Shown piece by piece: positions 1-8,516 of a stretch of 64,000 bases of DNA (position 1 is the stretch's first letter; each line of letters starts with the position of its first letter). The position numbers and the translations under genes were made by a program. The DNA comes from Candidatus Latescibacterota bacterium (GTDB lineage Bacteria; Latescibacterota; UBA2968; UBA8231): assembly GCA_965261395.1 (NCBI GenBank), contig OZ253462.1:5120001-5184000 (forward strand), read 5' to 3'. The notes beneath the pieces are model-generated. The model ran no database searches. It was not told the DNA's origin and saw only the letters and a program-made list of their open reading frames with translations.

Positions 1-1
1 G

Positions 2-160
2 CGGGGAGGCTTCCAAGGCGCAGTCGAGGGCACGCCGCCGCCAGTACACATCTACGCCGCCGCTGAGCAGGTGGTTGAGCAAGTCGTAGCGCCGGGCAAT
101 GGCGTTAAACATGTCTCGGTTGCGCCTCTTGTGTTCGGCGACGTTTTGCTTATTCTCCAT
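2..160 (-). CDS. ubiE: UbiE/MenG quinone C-methyltransferase, N-terminal part (runs off the window edge)
   Basis: Manual translation [45 protein letters not shown] matches the UbiE/MenG N-terminal signature MFxxIAxxYDxxNxxLSxGxDxxWRR. Not in the ORF track. Confidence 0.85.
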   Translation of the reverse strand, partial: MENKQNVAEHKRRNRDMFNAIARRYDLLNHLLSGGVDVYWRRRALDCALEASP

Positions 161-204
161 GCATGAAAAGCTAGTCCCCTGCCCGTCACTGTCAACAAGA
201 GCTT

Positions 205-1569
205 ATGTCCCCACTCCAGGCCAACATCCTCATCGCCGACCACTCGCTCTTTATCCGCGAAGGACTGCAAGAGGCATTGCAAAAACCCGGCTATGCCATC
301 GAAACCGCTGCGGACGGTGCCCAAACGCGCCGGATGCTGAAAGCCGGCGACTTCCACTTGGCCATTCTCGACTTGCAGATGCCCGGCCCCTCTGGGATGC
401 AACTTTTGCAGGAGGTCGGCCAAGGCCACCCTGACACCCTGTGCATCATACTCACGGCCCATGACAACGTCCACACCGCGGTCGAAGCCATGCGCAAAGG
501 TGCGTATGACGTGGTGACCAAACCCGTCGATCTAGACCATCTGCGCGTCGTAGTCGCCCGTGCACTCGATCGCTTCGAGCTCGTCGTCGAAAACCGCAAG
601 CTCCACCACCGCCTCGAAAAAGAAGCCCCCTTCCGCCGCCTCGTGCGCCGCAGTCCGGCCATGCAAGCCGCCGCGGCCACGATCAAACAAGTGGCCCAAG
701 CGGACGTACCGGTGCTCTTGCGCGGCGAGACCGGCGTCGGCAAGGATCTAGTAGCACGCGCCATCCACGAGCGCAGCAAGCGCCGCGATGCCCCCTTTGT
801 TGCCGTCAACTGTGGCGGCTTCACCGAAGAGCTTTTTACCAGCGAACTGTTCGGCCACAAGCGCGGGGCCTTTACCAGCGCCCACGCCGACCGGCCCGGT
901 CGTTTCACCCTCGCCGAGAGCGGCACCCTCTTCCTCGACGAAATCGGCGAGGTCTCGCACAAAAATCAGGTCGAGCTATTGCGCGTCCTAGAGTCACACG
1001 AGTTCCAACCGCTGGGGGACCCGCAGGTCCACCGCGCCGATGTGCGCATCATCGCCGCCACCAACCGCGACCTCGAAGACGCCGTCGCAACAGGCGCCTT
1101 CCGCGAAGACCTGTACTATCGCCTCAACGTGGTCCCCATCGACATTCCTCCCTTGCGCCAGCGGCGGGAAGACATCCCGGTCTTAGTCGAAATGTGCCTC
1201 GACGAAACTTGCCGTGCTCAAAACAAGCCCCCTAAAAAAATCAGCCCGGAAGCTATGGAGGGCCTCATAGCTTATGATTGGCCGGGCAATGTGCGTCAGT
1301 TGCGCAACCTGCTGCAGCGGCTCGTGGTCACCACCCCGGTTGCGGTCATCCTCCCCGAACACCTGCCCGGTCCGCTCGGCGAGCTAGCCGATGGCCCCGG
1401 GCAGTTCTCAATGGCCCTCGGCTCTTCTCTACAAGAGGTCGAAGCCGAACTCATCCGCCAAACCCTCCAACGCCTCACGGGCAACCGCCGCGCCGCCGCC
1501 GCCATTTTGGGCATTAGCGTCCGCTCCCTCCAGTACAAGATCAAGCGATACAACATCACGACCAAGTAA
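205..1569 (+). CDS. NtrC-family sigma-54-dependent response regulator (receiver-AAA+-Fis HTH)
   Basis: Receiver (ILDLQMPG, KP), Walker A GETGVGKD, ELFGHKRGAFTSA, LFLDEIGE, WPGNVRQL, C-terminal GNRRAAAAILGIS HTH. Confidence 0.93.
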   Translation: MSPLQANILIADHSLFIREGLQEALQKPGYAIETAADGAQTRRMLKAGDFHLAILDLQMPGPSGMQLLQEVGQGHPDTLCIILTAHDNVHTAVEAMRKGAYDVVTKPVDLDHLRVVVARALDRFELVVENRKLHHRLEKEAPFRRLVRRSPAMQAAAATIKQVAQADVPVLLRGETGVGKDLVARAIHERSKRRDAPFVAVNCGGFTEELFTSELFGHKRGAFTSAHADRPGRFTLAESGTLFLDEIGEVSHKNQVELLRVLESHEFQPLGDPQVHRADVRIIAATNRDLEDAVATGAFREDLYYRLNVVPIDIPPLRQRREDIPVLVEMCLDETCRAQNKPPKKISPEAMEGLIAYDWPGNVRQLRNLLQRLVVTTPVAVILPEHLPGPLGELADGPGQFSMALGSSLQEVEAELIRQTLQRLTGNRRAAAAILGISVRSLQYKIKRYNITTK

Positions 1570-1635
1570 CACTCTGTCGGCTGACGGCACACGTGCAACA
1601 AGTCGGCAACCCATGCGCCAACTTTAGGCGACTCC

Positions 1636-1648
1636 TGCATTTTTTGCA
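1636..1648. promoter_or_regulatory. Candidate enhancer (UAS) TGCA-N5-TGCA
   Basis: TGCATTTTTTGCA about 100 bp upstream of the sigma-54 promoter at 1748. Related palindromes occur at 1930-1946 and 2028-2043. Confidence 0.5.
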
Positions 1649-1747
1649 CTTTTGCGCCTGCGCGGCCTCTCGGCCCGCTTCTCGCCCAGCAGTGCTTCTT
1701 TCGTAAGTAAATTATTCACAATGCCTTAACTAGTAAGCAATCAAGTG

Positions 1748-1763
1748 TGGCATTGGATTTGCT
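1748..1763 (+). promoter_or_regulatory. sigma-54 (-24/-12) promoter
   Basis: TGGCATTGGATTTGCT: GG-N10-GC with TGGCA and TTGCT flanks, in an intergenic AT-rich context directly after a sigma-54 activator gene. Confidence 0.75.
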
Positions 1764-1929
1764 TATCTATACGTGAGTCGAATGGAGCGCCGGTCGCCCT
1801 TCGCGCGACCGAAAGAGTTTCACAGCCCGCATCGACCTTAACTATTTGTTAACACAGAGCAAACAATTTTGTCTCACCGGGCATTGAGCAACGCGGGGGC
1901 ACTTTGCAGCCCCCAACTAAAACGGTGAG

Positions 1930-1946
1930 AGTGCAAATTATGCACT
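1930..1946. promoter_or_regulatory. Palindrome AGTGCA-N5-TGCACT (candidate regulator site)
   Basis: Perfect 6-bp inverted repeat, same core as 1636-1648 and 2028-2043. Confidence 0.5.
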
Positions 1947-2027
1947 TTAAGCACATAGAGCCTGACGCTCCTAACTCGCGTAATTCAAGCGCCTTGCGGA
2001 ACGTCGGCCCAAAATTGTTACAACTGA

Positions 2028-2043
2028 GTGCAAAAATTTGCAC
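2028..2043. promoter_or_regulatory. Palindrome GTGCAAA-AA-TTTGCAC (candidate regulator site)
   Basis: Perfect 7-bp inverted repeat about 35 bp upstream of the sigma factor start. Confidence 0.5.
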
Positions 2044-2077
2044 CTGCTGACCCCATTACCCAAGGAAGGTTTCGCAC

Positions 2078-2950
2078 ATGGCTTACGCGATCCAAGAAGC
2101 CCTAAGCGATGAGGACAACACACTGCGCCTCTATTTCGACGACATTGCCGAGTCTCGGCCGCTGAGCCGCCAGCGGGAAGTCGAGCTGTCGGCGCGGATC
2201 CAAGGCGGCGACATGGCCGCCCGCGACGAGTTGGTTCAAGCCAACCTGCGCTTCGTCATTGATGTGGCCAAAAACTACCAGAACCGCGGTCTCTCGCTAG
2301 AGGACCTTATCAGCGCGGGCAATGTGGGCTTGCTGACCGCTGCCGAGCGCTTCGACGGCACCAAGGGGTACAAGTTCATCTCGTACGCCGTGTGGTGGAT
2401 CAAGCAGTCCATCTTACAGACCATCGCCGAGCACGCCCGCACCGTACGCCTGCCGCTGAACAAGCTCAGCCTGCTCAAGGACATTTCGCGGGCCGTGCGC
2501 AAGCTGGGCCAAGGCCGCGAGAGCGAGCCAGAGGTCGAGGAAATCGCCGCTGAGCTGGGCCTGCCAACTGAGGAAGTACTCGACACGATGCTCAGCGCCC
2601 GCTCGGTGCGCTCGCTCGACGAGTCTTTTGAAAACGACGACGATCGCAGCCTGCTCAGCCTGCTCGCCGACGACAATCAGGCGACGCCCGACAGCCACAT
2701 CTTGCAGACCTCGGCCCGCGCCCACTTAGAGGAAGCCCTCTCCAGTCTCGAAGACCGCGAGTTGCGCATCATTCGCCTCTACTTCGGTCTCGATGGCAGC
2801 CAAGCGCTGACCTTGGAGCAGATCGGTGGATTGATGAGCCTAACGCGAGAGCGCGTGCGCCAGCTCAAGGAGCGCGCCCTGGGCAAGCTCCGCCACCCGA
2901 CTCGCTACCAGTCGCTCCTCGCGTTGGTAGATGAGACGGAGTTTTACTAG
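2078..2950 (+). CDS. RNA polymerase sigma-70 factor, RpoD/RpoS family lacking region 1.1
   Basis: LVQANLRFVIDVAKNY, DLISAGNVGL, GYKFISYAVWWIKQSI, region 4 LTLEQIG..LTRERVRQLKERAL. RBS AAGGAAGG. Confidence 0.92.
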   Translation: MAYAIQEALSDEDNTLRLYFDDIAESRPLSRQREVELSARIQGGDMAARDELVQANLRFVIDVAKNYQNRGLSLEDLISAGNVGLLTAAERFDGTKGYKFISYAVWWIKQSILQTIAEHARTVRLPLNKLSLLKDISRAVRKLGQGRESEPEVEEIAAELGLPTEEVLDTMLSARSVRSLDESFENDDDRSLLSLLADDNQATPDSHILQTSARAHLEEALSSLEDRELRIIRLYFGLDGSQALTLEQIGGLMSLTRERVRQLKERALGKLRHPTRYQSLLALVDETEFY

Positions 2951-3034
2951 GATTGCAAGCGAGTCCGCTGCCCTCTTTTAGGTCAGCGGACCGCTAGTTT
3001 GGTAGGGGGTATGGTTGCGGGCGGCACCGGCTGC

Positions 3035-3808
3035 TCAGCCTTCGCCCTCCCGCAATTTTTTGAGTTCGTCGCGCAAGAGCGCGGCTTTTTCAAATTCTTC
3101 GCTATCGACCGCTTCTTGTAGCCAGCGCTCTAGCTGCTCCTTTTGGCTCAGCGGTTTCTTTTGTAAGATTTCCTGCTCCAACTCATCGAGCGCGGCTTCT
3201 GAACGCTCGCGCTCAATGTAGAACTCCTCGGCTTCCACCTCGGGCCACGTACCAATCCGCGCACGGGTCTGCTGCACAATGACCAATGCGCTGTCGCAAT
3301 CTTGGTCGCCGATGGCAATCATGGCCCGGGCCACGCCGTTGATGCGCAAGATATAAGGCCACCATTTCTCTAGATTGTCGCAATCTTCTTCGCGCTCGGC
3401 ATAGCGGTTGACAAACCGAAAGAGTTCCATGTTGCGCTCGGTATCGCGGACGACCCGCCGGTAGTCGTTCAATTGGATCAGAAAGGCGTAGCGCTTGTAC
3501 AACCGGCTCCCCTCGTCAAAAAGCTCGCTGCAAGCTGCTTCGTCGAGCGCGAAGCCCTCGTCGCTGGCCCCGTGCTCGCGGCAGTATTTTTTCAATTCGT
3601 CTCGGTAGTAATCGAGAGCAAAGTCCTGCCCGTGGGGCCGGCGGCCATCGGGCCGGCCGTCGAGGTTTAGCTGCAAAATGCCCTGAAAGGCCCCTTGATC
3701 CACGCGAATCTGGATCTTCGCCTCCCCGTCCCTTCCCGATATTTTCCGCACATTCGCCTCTGGATCGAAGGACCATTCATTTAACAGGTCGGTCATATCT
3801 CGACTCAT
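3035..3808 (-). CDS. Conserved hypothetical protein with C-terminal UVR (UvrB/UvrC) motif
   Basis: C-terminal LQEAVDSEEFEKAALLRDELKKL, plus GILQLNLDGRPDGRRPHG. Start codon uncertain. Confidence 0.75.
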   Translation of the reverse strand: MSRDMTDLLNEWSFDPEANVRKISGRDGEAKIQIRVDQGAFQGILQLNLDGRPDGRRPHGQDFALDYYRDELKKYCREHGASDEGFALDEAACSELFDEGSRLYKRYAFLIQLNDYRRVVRDTERNMELFRFVNRYAEREEDCDNLEKWWPYILRINGVARAMIAIGDQDCDSALVIVQQTRARIGTWPEVEAEEFYIERERSEAALDELEQEILQKKPLSQKEQLERWLQEAVDSEEFEKAALLRDELKKLREGEG

Positions 3809-3972
3809 GCCGACCTCGCACAACGGCTGTTTACTGACATTTCAGGCCTCGCGCCTGCAGGACGGAAATTCTCATAGCAGAATAATAACCGAGTTGATGC
3901 GTTGCGGCAATGTCCCTCCACAGCCTTGGGGATCACACCCTTCCCGCGGACCTTTTGGATCTGAGTCTGCGA

Positions 3973-3988
3973 TGGCATAGTTTATGCT
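3973..3988 (+). promoter_or_regulatory. sigma-54 promoter upstream of the NifA-like regulator
   Basis: TGGCATAGTTTATGCT: GG-N10-GC spacing, intergenic, correct orientation. Confidence 0.65.
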
Positions 3989-4165
3989 ACAACAATGTAC
4001 GACACATTCTCTACATTTACTCGAATGACGCCCTTTTCGGCGTGCGACACTGTATTTTTGGTCGCTTTTTCGCTTTTCACCACGAATATGTGGTCTTTTG
4101 ATATTTACAAAAATGTAGTTTTTGACCACATTAACGACAAAAAAGTCGTAACATAGGATCCGTAC

Positions 4166-5710
4166 ATGTCCACCCTACCGACCGCTGCCCAACAACATAT
4201 CTCCATCCTGCACGAAATCGGGCAAATACTAGGCTCGACAACCAAATTTGAGGAGGCGCTCAACGTCATTCTCAAGCTCATGTGCGACCAACTCAACATG
4301 GGCTTGGGGACCGTCAGCCTCTTGAGCCAAGGAGCCACCGAAGTCTCCATCGACGTGGCTCATGGACTATCGCAATCGGAAATCAAGCGCGGCCGCTACG
4401 ACGTGGGGGAAGGCATCACCGGCAAGGTTGTAGAATCGGGCAAACCCGTGATCGTGCCGCGCATCAGCAGCGAGCCTCTCTTCCTCAACCGCACCGGTGC
4501 CCGCGGCAGCGCGGCCAAGAAGAGCCAGACCTCGTTCATTTGCGTGCCCATCCTACAGCAGCAACAGGTAGTAGGCACCATTAGCGTCGATATTCCTTAT
4601 GAAGACAACGAAAGCCTGCAAGATACCGTGCGCTTGCTGTCTATCATGTCCGCCATGATCGGCCAAGCGGTCGCCGCCCGCCAGCGCGCCCGCGCCGAGC
4701 AAACCCAGCTTCTCGACGAAAACTTGCGCCTGCAAAACGAGCTCCGCGAGCGCTTCCACCCCACCAACCTCATCGGCAACTCCCGCCCCATGCAGGAGGC
4801 TTGCCAGCTCATCGGCCAAGTGGCTCCCAGCGACGCCACGGTCCTATTGCGCGGTGCGAGCGGCACCGGTAAGGAACTTGCCGCAGATGCCATACATTAC
4901 AACAGCTTACGTGCCGATAAACCCTTTGTCAAAGTGCATGTCGCCGCCCTGCCGGAAACCTTGGTCGAATCCGAGCTATTCGGCCACGAACGCGGGGCTT
5001 ATACCGGGGCCTCGACGAGCAAAGCCGGCCGATTTGAACGAGCGAGCGGCGGAACGATTTTCCTCGACGAAATCGGCGAACTCAGCCTAGGCGCGCAGGT
5101 CAAGCTGCTCCGCGTGCTGCAAAACCGCGAAATCGAGCGCCTCGGCGGCCGCGGCCCAATGCCGATTGATGTCCGCGTTGTGGCGGCAACCCACATAGAT
5201 TTGGAAAAAGCCATAGCCGAGGGAACCTTCCGCGAGGATCTCTTCTACCGACTCAATGTCTTTCCCATCTTCATTCCGCCCTTGCGCGAACGCAAATCCG
5301 ACGTCCTCCAGCTCGCCGACCACTTCCTCGAAAAGTACTCCCGTCAGCACGGCGTGGAGATGCACCGTATCTCTACGCCCGCCATTGATATGATGATGAG
5401 CTACCACTGGCCAGGCAACGTGCGCGAGTTGGAAAACTGCATTGAACGGGCGATCATTCTCAGTAACGATGGCGTCATCCATGGCCACCATCTGCCCCCC
5501 TCCCTGCAAACGGCTGACGCTACCGGAACGCCGGTCGCCGGTTCGTTTAATACGATGATGCGGGCCTATGAACGAGAAATCATCATCGAGGCCCTCAAAA
5601 ACGCCCGCGGCAATATGGCCAAAGCCGCCCGCACCCTCGGCACTACGACCCGCATTTTCTCTTATCGCATCGAGAAACTAGACATCTGCCCAAAAAACTA
5701 CAAGAAGTAG
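4166..5710 (+). CDS. NifA-like sigma-54 activator (GAF-AAA+-Fis HTH)
   Basis: GAF region [32 protein letters not shown], Walker [48 protein letters not shown]. Confidence 0.9.
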   Translation: MSTLPTAAQQHISILHEIGQILGSTTKFEEALNVILKLMCDQLNMGLGTVSLLSQGATEVSIDVAHGLSQSEIKRGRYDVGEGITGKVVESGKPVIVPRISSEPLFLNRTGARGSAAKKSQTSFICVPILQQQQVVGTISVDIPYEDNESLQDTVRLLSIMSAMIGQAVAARQRARAEQTQLLDENLRLQNELRERFHPTNLIGNSRPMQEACQLIGQVAPSDATVLLRGASGTGKELAADAIHYNSLRADKPFVKVHVAALPETLVESELFGHERGAYTGASTSKAGRFERASGGTIFLDEIGELSLGAQVKLLRVLQNREIERLGGRGPMPIDVRVVAATHIDLEKAIAEGTFREDLFYRLNVFPIFIPPLRERKSDVLQLADHFLEKYSRQHGVEMHRISTPAIDMMMSYHWPGNVRELENCIERAIILSNDGVIHGHHLPPSLQTADATGTPVAGSFNTMMRAYEREIIIEALKNARGNMAKAARTLGTTTRIFSYRIEKLDICPKNYKK

Positions 5711-5719
5711 CCACACAAA

Positions 5720-5760
5720 CTACAAAATTGTTATTTTTACTACTATTTTCAATTTTGTAG
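5720..5760. promoter_or_regulatory. Pair of candidate enhancer sites (CTACA-N4-TGTAG-like) upstream of the amtB promoter
   Basis: CTACAAAATTGTTA (5720-5733) and TTTCAATTTTGTAG (5747-5760). The same motif recurs at 3987, 4080, 4105, 4135 and 5821. Confidence 0.55.
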
Positions 5761-5853
5761 TTATGCTGACCTCGTTCCTCTCTTTATTGTTATTTTTTTA
5801 ACTCCCTAATTTACAATAAGCTACAATTCTGGAGTGTCTGCGCCCAATCCACT

Positions 5854-5869
5854 TGGCACATTTCTTGCT
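5854..5869 (+). promoter_or_regulatory. sigma-54 promoter of the amtB-glnK operon
   Basis: TGGCACATTTCTTGCT, a perfect TGGCAC-N5-TTGCT consensus. Confidence 0.9.
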
Positions 5870-5948
5870 TTATAGCAAGTCGACGTTCGTATATACGAGG
5901 CGTCGATCGGATGCCTCCTCATACCTCATACAAGGGAAGGGATTGCCC

Positions 5949-7295
5949 ATGTCTGTTTTTCGCAACCGTCCTTCACTCTTATGGATCAGTGCCGGGGTCC
6001 TCGGAGCGACTACACAGGCTTCAGCGGGGGATTTCACAACCGTAGAAGCCTTCCAGGCCATGCCCTTGGCCTATCCCAAATTCATGGTGGACAACCTGTG
6101 GATTCTCATCGCCGCAGCCTTGGTCTTCGTCATGCACTTGGGCTTTGCCACGCTCGAATCCGGCCTGACCCGGCAGAAGAACACGGTCAACATCCTCTTC
6201 AAGAACCTCTTTGTCCTCTCAGCCGGCATCCTCACTTACGCCTTGTGCGGCTTCAACATCATGTATCCGGGCGACGATTGGCTCATCGCCGATGTGCTGG
6301 CCCTCAAAGGTTGGATCGGCTTTGACGACGATGTGGCCAATCTGACCAATCAGTACGCAAATTACACCTATTGGTCGGACTTCATCTTCCAGGCCATGTT
6401 TGCCGCCACTGCCGCCACCATCGTCTCCGGTGCTGTGGCCGAGCGCGTCAAGCTGTCGGGCTTCATGCTCTACGCCGCGATCTTGGTGGCCTTTGGCTAC
6501 ACCATAGCAGGCTCCTGGAAGTGGGGTGGCGGCTGGCTCGATGACCTGGGTTTCTACGATTTTGCTGGCTCCTCGGTAGTGCACGCCTTTGGCGGCTTTT
6601 CGGCCCTAGCCGCCGTCATGGTGCTGGGGGCGCGCAAGGGCAAGTACCACAACGGGGAAATCAGGCCCATCCTCGGCCACAGCATGCCGCTGTCAACCAT
6701 CGGCGTCTTCATGCTCTGGCTCGGCTGGTTCGGCTTCAACGGCGGCTCGGTGCTCAGCGCCGACCCGGCGGCCATATCGCTGGTCTTCGTCACCACGACC
6801 CTCGCGGCTGCGGCCGGTTGTATGGCCTCGATTTTCACCTCCTATATCTATCTTAAAAAGCCCGACATCACCATGGCACTCAACGGCATCCTCGCCGGCC
6901 TAGTCGGCATCACGGCTGGGGCCGATGTGGTCACTTGGGCCGGGGCCATCTGGATTGGGCTGATCGCCGGAATCATCGTCGTTTTCGCCATTGTCTTTAT
7001 CGACCGCATCAAGATCGACGATCCGGTCGGTGCCATCTCCGTCCACGGTATCTGCGGCATCTGGGGCACGGTCGCGGTCGGGCTGTTCAGCACCAACGCC
7101 GACCACAGCGCGGGTATCCAGCTATTGGGTACCCTGTCTTTTGCCATCTTCGCCTTTGTCTTTTCCTTTATCCTCGCGACCATTGTCAAGGCGACACTCG
7201 GGTTCCGCGTCGATGAGGAGGACGAGGACGAGGGCCTCGACTTAAGTGAGCACGGCCAGCCCGCGTACGCGGATTTCCAGCACATCAACAACTAA
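5949..7295 (+). CDS. amtB: Ammonium transporter
   Basis: FQAMFAATAATIVSGAVAER, DFAGSSVVH, WLGWFGFNGGS, NGILAGLVGITAG, DDPVGAISVHG. ATG 5949 follows RBS AGGGAAGG; the ORF-track start overlaps the promoter. Confidence 0.96.
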   Translation: MSVFRNRPSLLWISAGVLGATTQASAGDFTTVEAFQAMPLAYPKFMVDNLWILIAAALVFVMHLGFATLESGLTRQKNTVNILFKNLFVLSAGILTYALCGFNIMYPGDDWLIADVLALKGWIGFDDDVANLTNQYANYTYWSDFIFQAMFAATAATIVSGAVAERVKLSGFMLYAAILVAFGYTIAGSWKWGGGWLDDLGFYDFAGSSVVHAFGGFSALAAVMVLGARKGKYHNGEIRPILGHSMPLSTIGVFMLWLGWFGFNGGSVLSADPAAISLVFVTTTLAAAAGCMASIFTSYIYLKKPDITMALNGILAGLVGITAGADVVTWAGAIWIGLIAGIIVVFAIVFIDRIKIDDPVGAISVHGICGIWGTVAVGLFSTNADHSAGIQLLGTLSFAIFAFVFSFILATIVKATLGFRVDEEDEDEGLDLSEHGQPAYADFQHINN

Positions 7296-7314
7296 AGCGA
7301 GGGGAGAACTAACG

Positions 7315-7653
7315 ATGTATAAGATTGAAGCATTTCTCCGGCCATCGGCCCTTGAGGACGTGCAGAAGGCCCTGGGCGAACGAGGCATCGCCGGCATGTC
7401 CGTAACCGAAGTGCGGGGCTTTGGCCGCCAGCGCGGCCACCGCGAGGTCTATCGCGGCGCCGAGTACCGCATTGATTTCGTCCCCAAAATCAAAGTCGAG
7501 GTCGTCGTCAAGGACGCGGACCACGAGCTAGCGATCAACACCATCGTCGAGGCGGCCAAGTCCGGCAAAGTCGGCGACGGCAAGGTCTTCGCCTCGCCGA
7601 TCCAAGAAGCCGTGCGCATTCGCACCGGCGAGACGGGCGAAAGCGCCCTGTGA
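7315..7653 (+). CDS. glnK: PII nitrogen regulatory protein (112 aa)
   Basis: GFGRQRGHREVYRGAEY (Tyr51 present), GKVGDGKVF, RIRTGETG. Adjacent to amtB. Confidence 0.93.
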   Translation: MYKIEAFLRPSALEDVQKALGERGIAGMSVTEVRGFGRQRGHREVYRGAEYRIDFVPKIKVEVVVKDADHELAINTIVEAAKSGKVGDGKVFASPIQEAVRIRTGETGESAL

Positions 7654-7659
7654 TATGCA

Positions 7660-7692
7660 AGGGGCCGGCGTGGCCCGTCTGCGCCGGCCCTC
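7660..7692 (+). other. GC-rich intergenic stem-loop after glnK
   Basis: GGGCCGGCG...CGCCGGCCC inverted repeat with no strong U-tract. Confidence 0.45.
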
Positions 7693-7747
7693 TTACACCA
7701 TCAACGCAGCACCTCTCAACCCACCTAACCCACCCAAGGAGAACTTG

Positions 7748-8395
7748 ATGAATCGCTTGCTTTTTGCCGCACCCCTTCTCTTCGCGCTGACCTTAGCCGC
7801 CGTTCCGGCCGATGCCGGGGTTGGCTTTGGTGCCGACGTAGTCAACCGCTACGTGTGGCGCGGCACGGATTTTGGCAATGCCGTCAGCGTCCAGCCGGGC
7901 ATGTCCATCAGCCACGGCAACGTCGAAGTCGGCGCTTGGTCGTCGTGGGCTATCACCGACGGTGGTGCCAACGAGAACGACCTCTACGCCAGCTTCTCCT
8001 CCGGCCCCATCGGCATTACCCTGACCGACTACTACTTCCCGGGCCTGACCGAAGACGACATGTTCTTCAGCTACAGCAACGACGACGCAGTACATATCCT
8101 CGAAATCAGCGCGTCCCTCGCCCCGGACGGCGTGCCCTTGAGCGCCATGGTCGCCTATAACTTCTCCGGCGACGCCGACAAGTCGTTCTGGGCAGAAGCG
8201 ACCTACGACTTGGGCGAGATGGAAGAGACCGCCGTCAGCGTCACCGTCGGCTTCGGCAACGGGTTTTATACTACAACTACCGACCCGGCCTTGGTCAGCG
8301 TCGGCCTCAACATGAGCAAGGGCGATTGCTTCGCTTCGTACATCCTCAACCCAGACAAAGAATCCACCTTCCTCGTCTTCGGTAAGAGCTTCTAA
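7748..8395 (+). CDS. TorF/Gcw_chp-like outer-membrane beta-barrel protein
   Basis: Signal peptide, [17 protein letters not shown]-terminal Phe. This family commonly lies next to amtB/glnK. Confidence 0.75.
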   Translation: MNRLLFAAPLLFALTLAAVPADAGVGFGADVVNRYVWRGTDFGNAVSVQPGMSISHGNVEVGAWSSWAITDGGANENDLYASFSSGPIGITLTDYYFPGLTEDDMFFSYSNDDAVHILEISASLAPDGVPLSAMVAYNFSGDADKSFWAEATYDLGEMEETAVSVTVGFGNGFYTTTTDPALVSVGLNMSKGDCFASYILNPDKESTFLVFGKSF

Positions 8396-8441
8396 ACTTG
8401 GTCGGCATCCCGCGCAATCAACGGCGGGGCCGGATCAGAAG

Positions 8442-8475
8442 CAGGGGGCGCGTGCTGCGGGGAGCGCGCCCCCTG
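8442..8475 (+). other. Strong stem-loop upstream of glnA
   Basis: CAGGGGGCGCG / CGCGCCCCCTG 11-bp perfect stem. Confidence 0.5.
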
Positions 8476-8516
8476 ATCCCATCTCAACTCAACCACTTTT
8501 TGCGAAAGGAATTCTC

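Noticed and set aside
4166-5710. Calling the regulator nifA / inferring nitrogen fixation
   Set aside because: No nif genes in the window, and the recurring operator is not TGT-N10-ACA; the context is ammonium assimilation.
5853-5948. ORF-track N-terminal extension of amtB
   Set aside because: The TTG start lies inside the sigma-54 promoter; ATG 5949 has the RBS.
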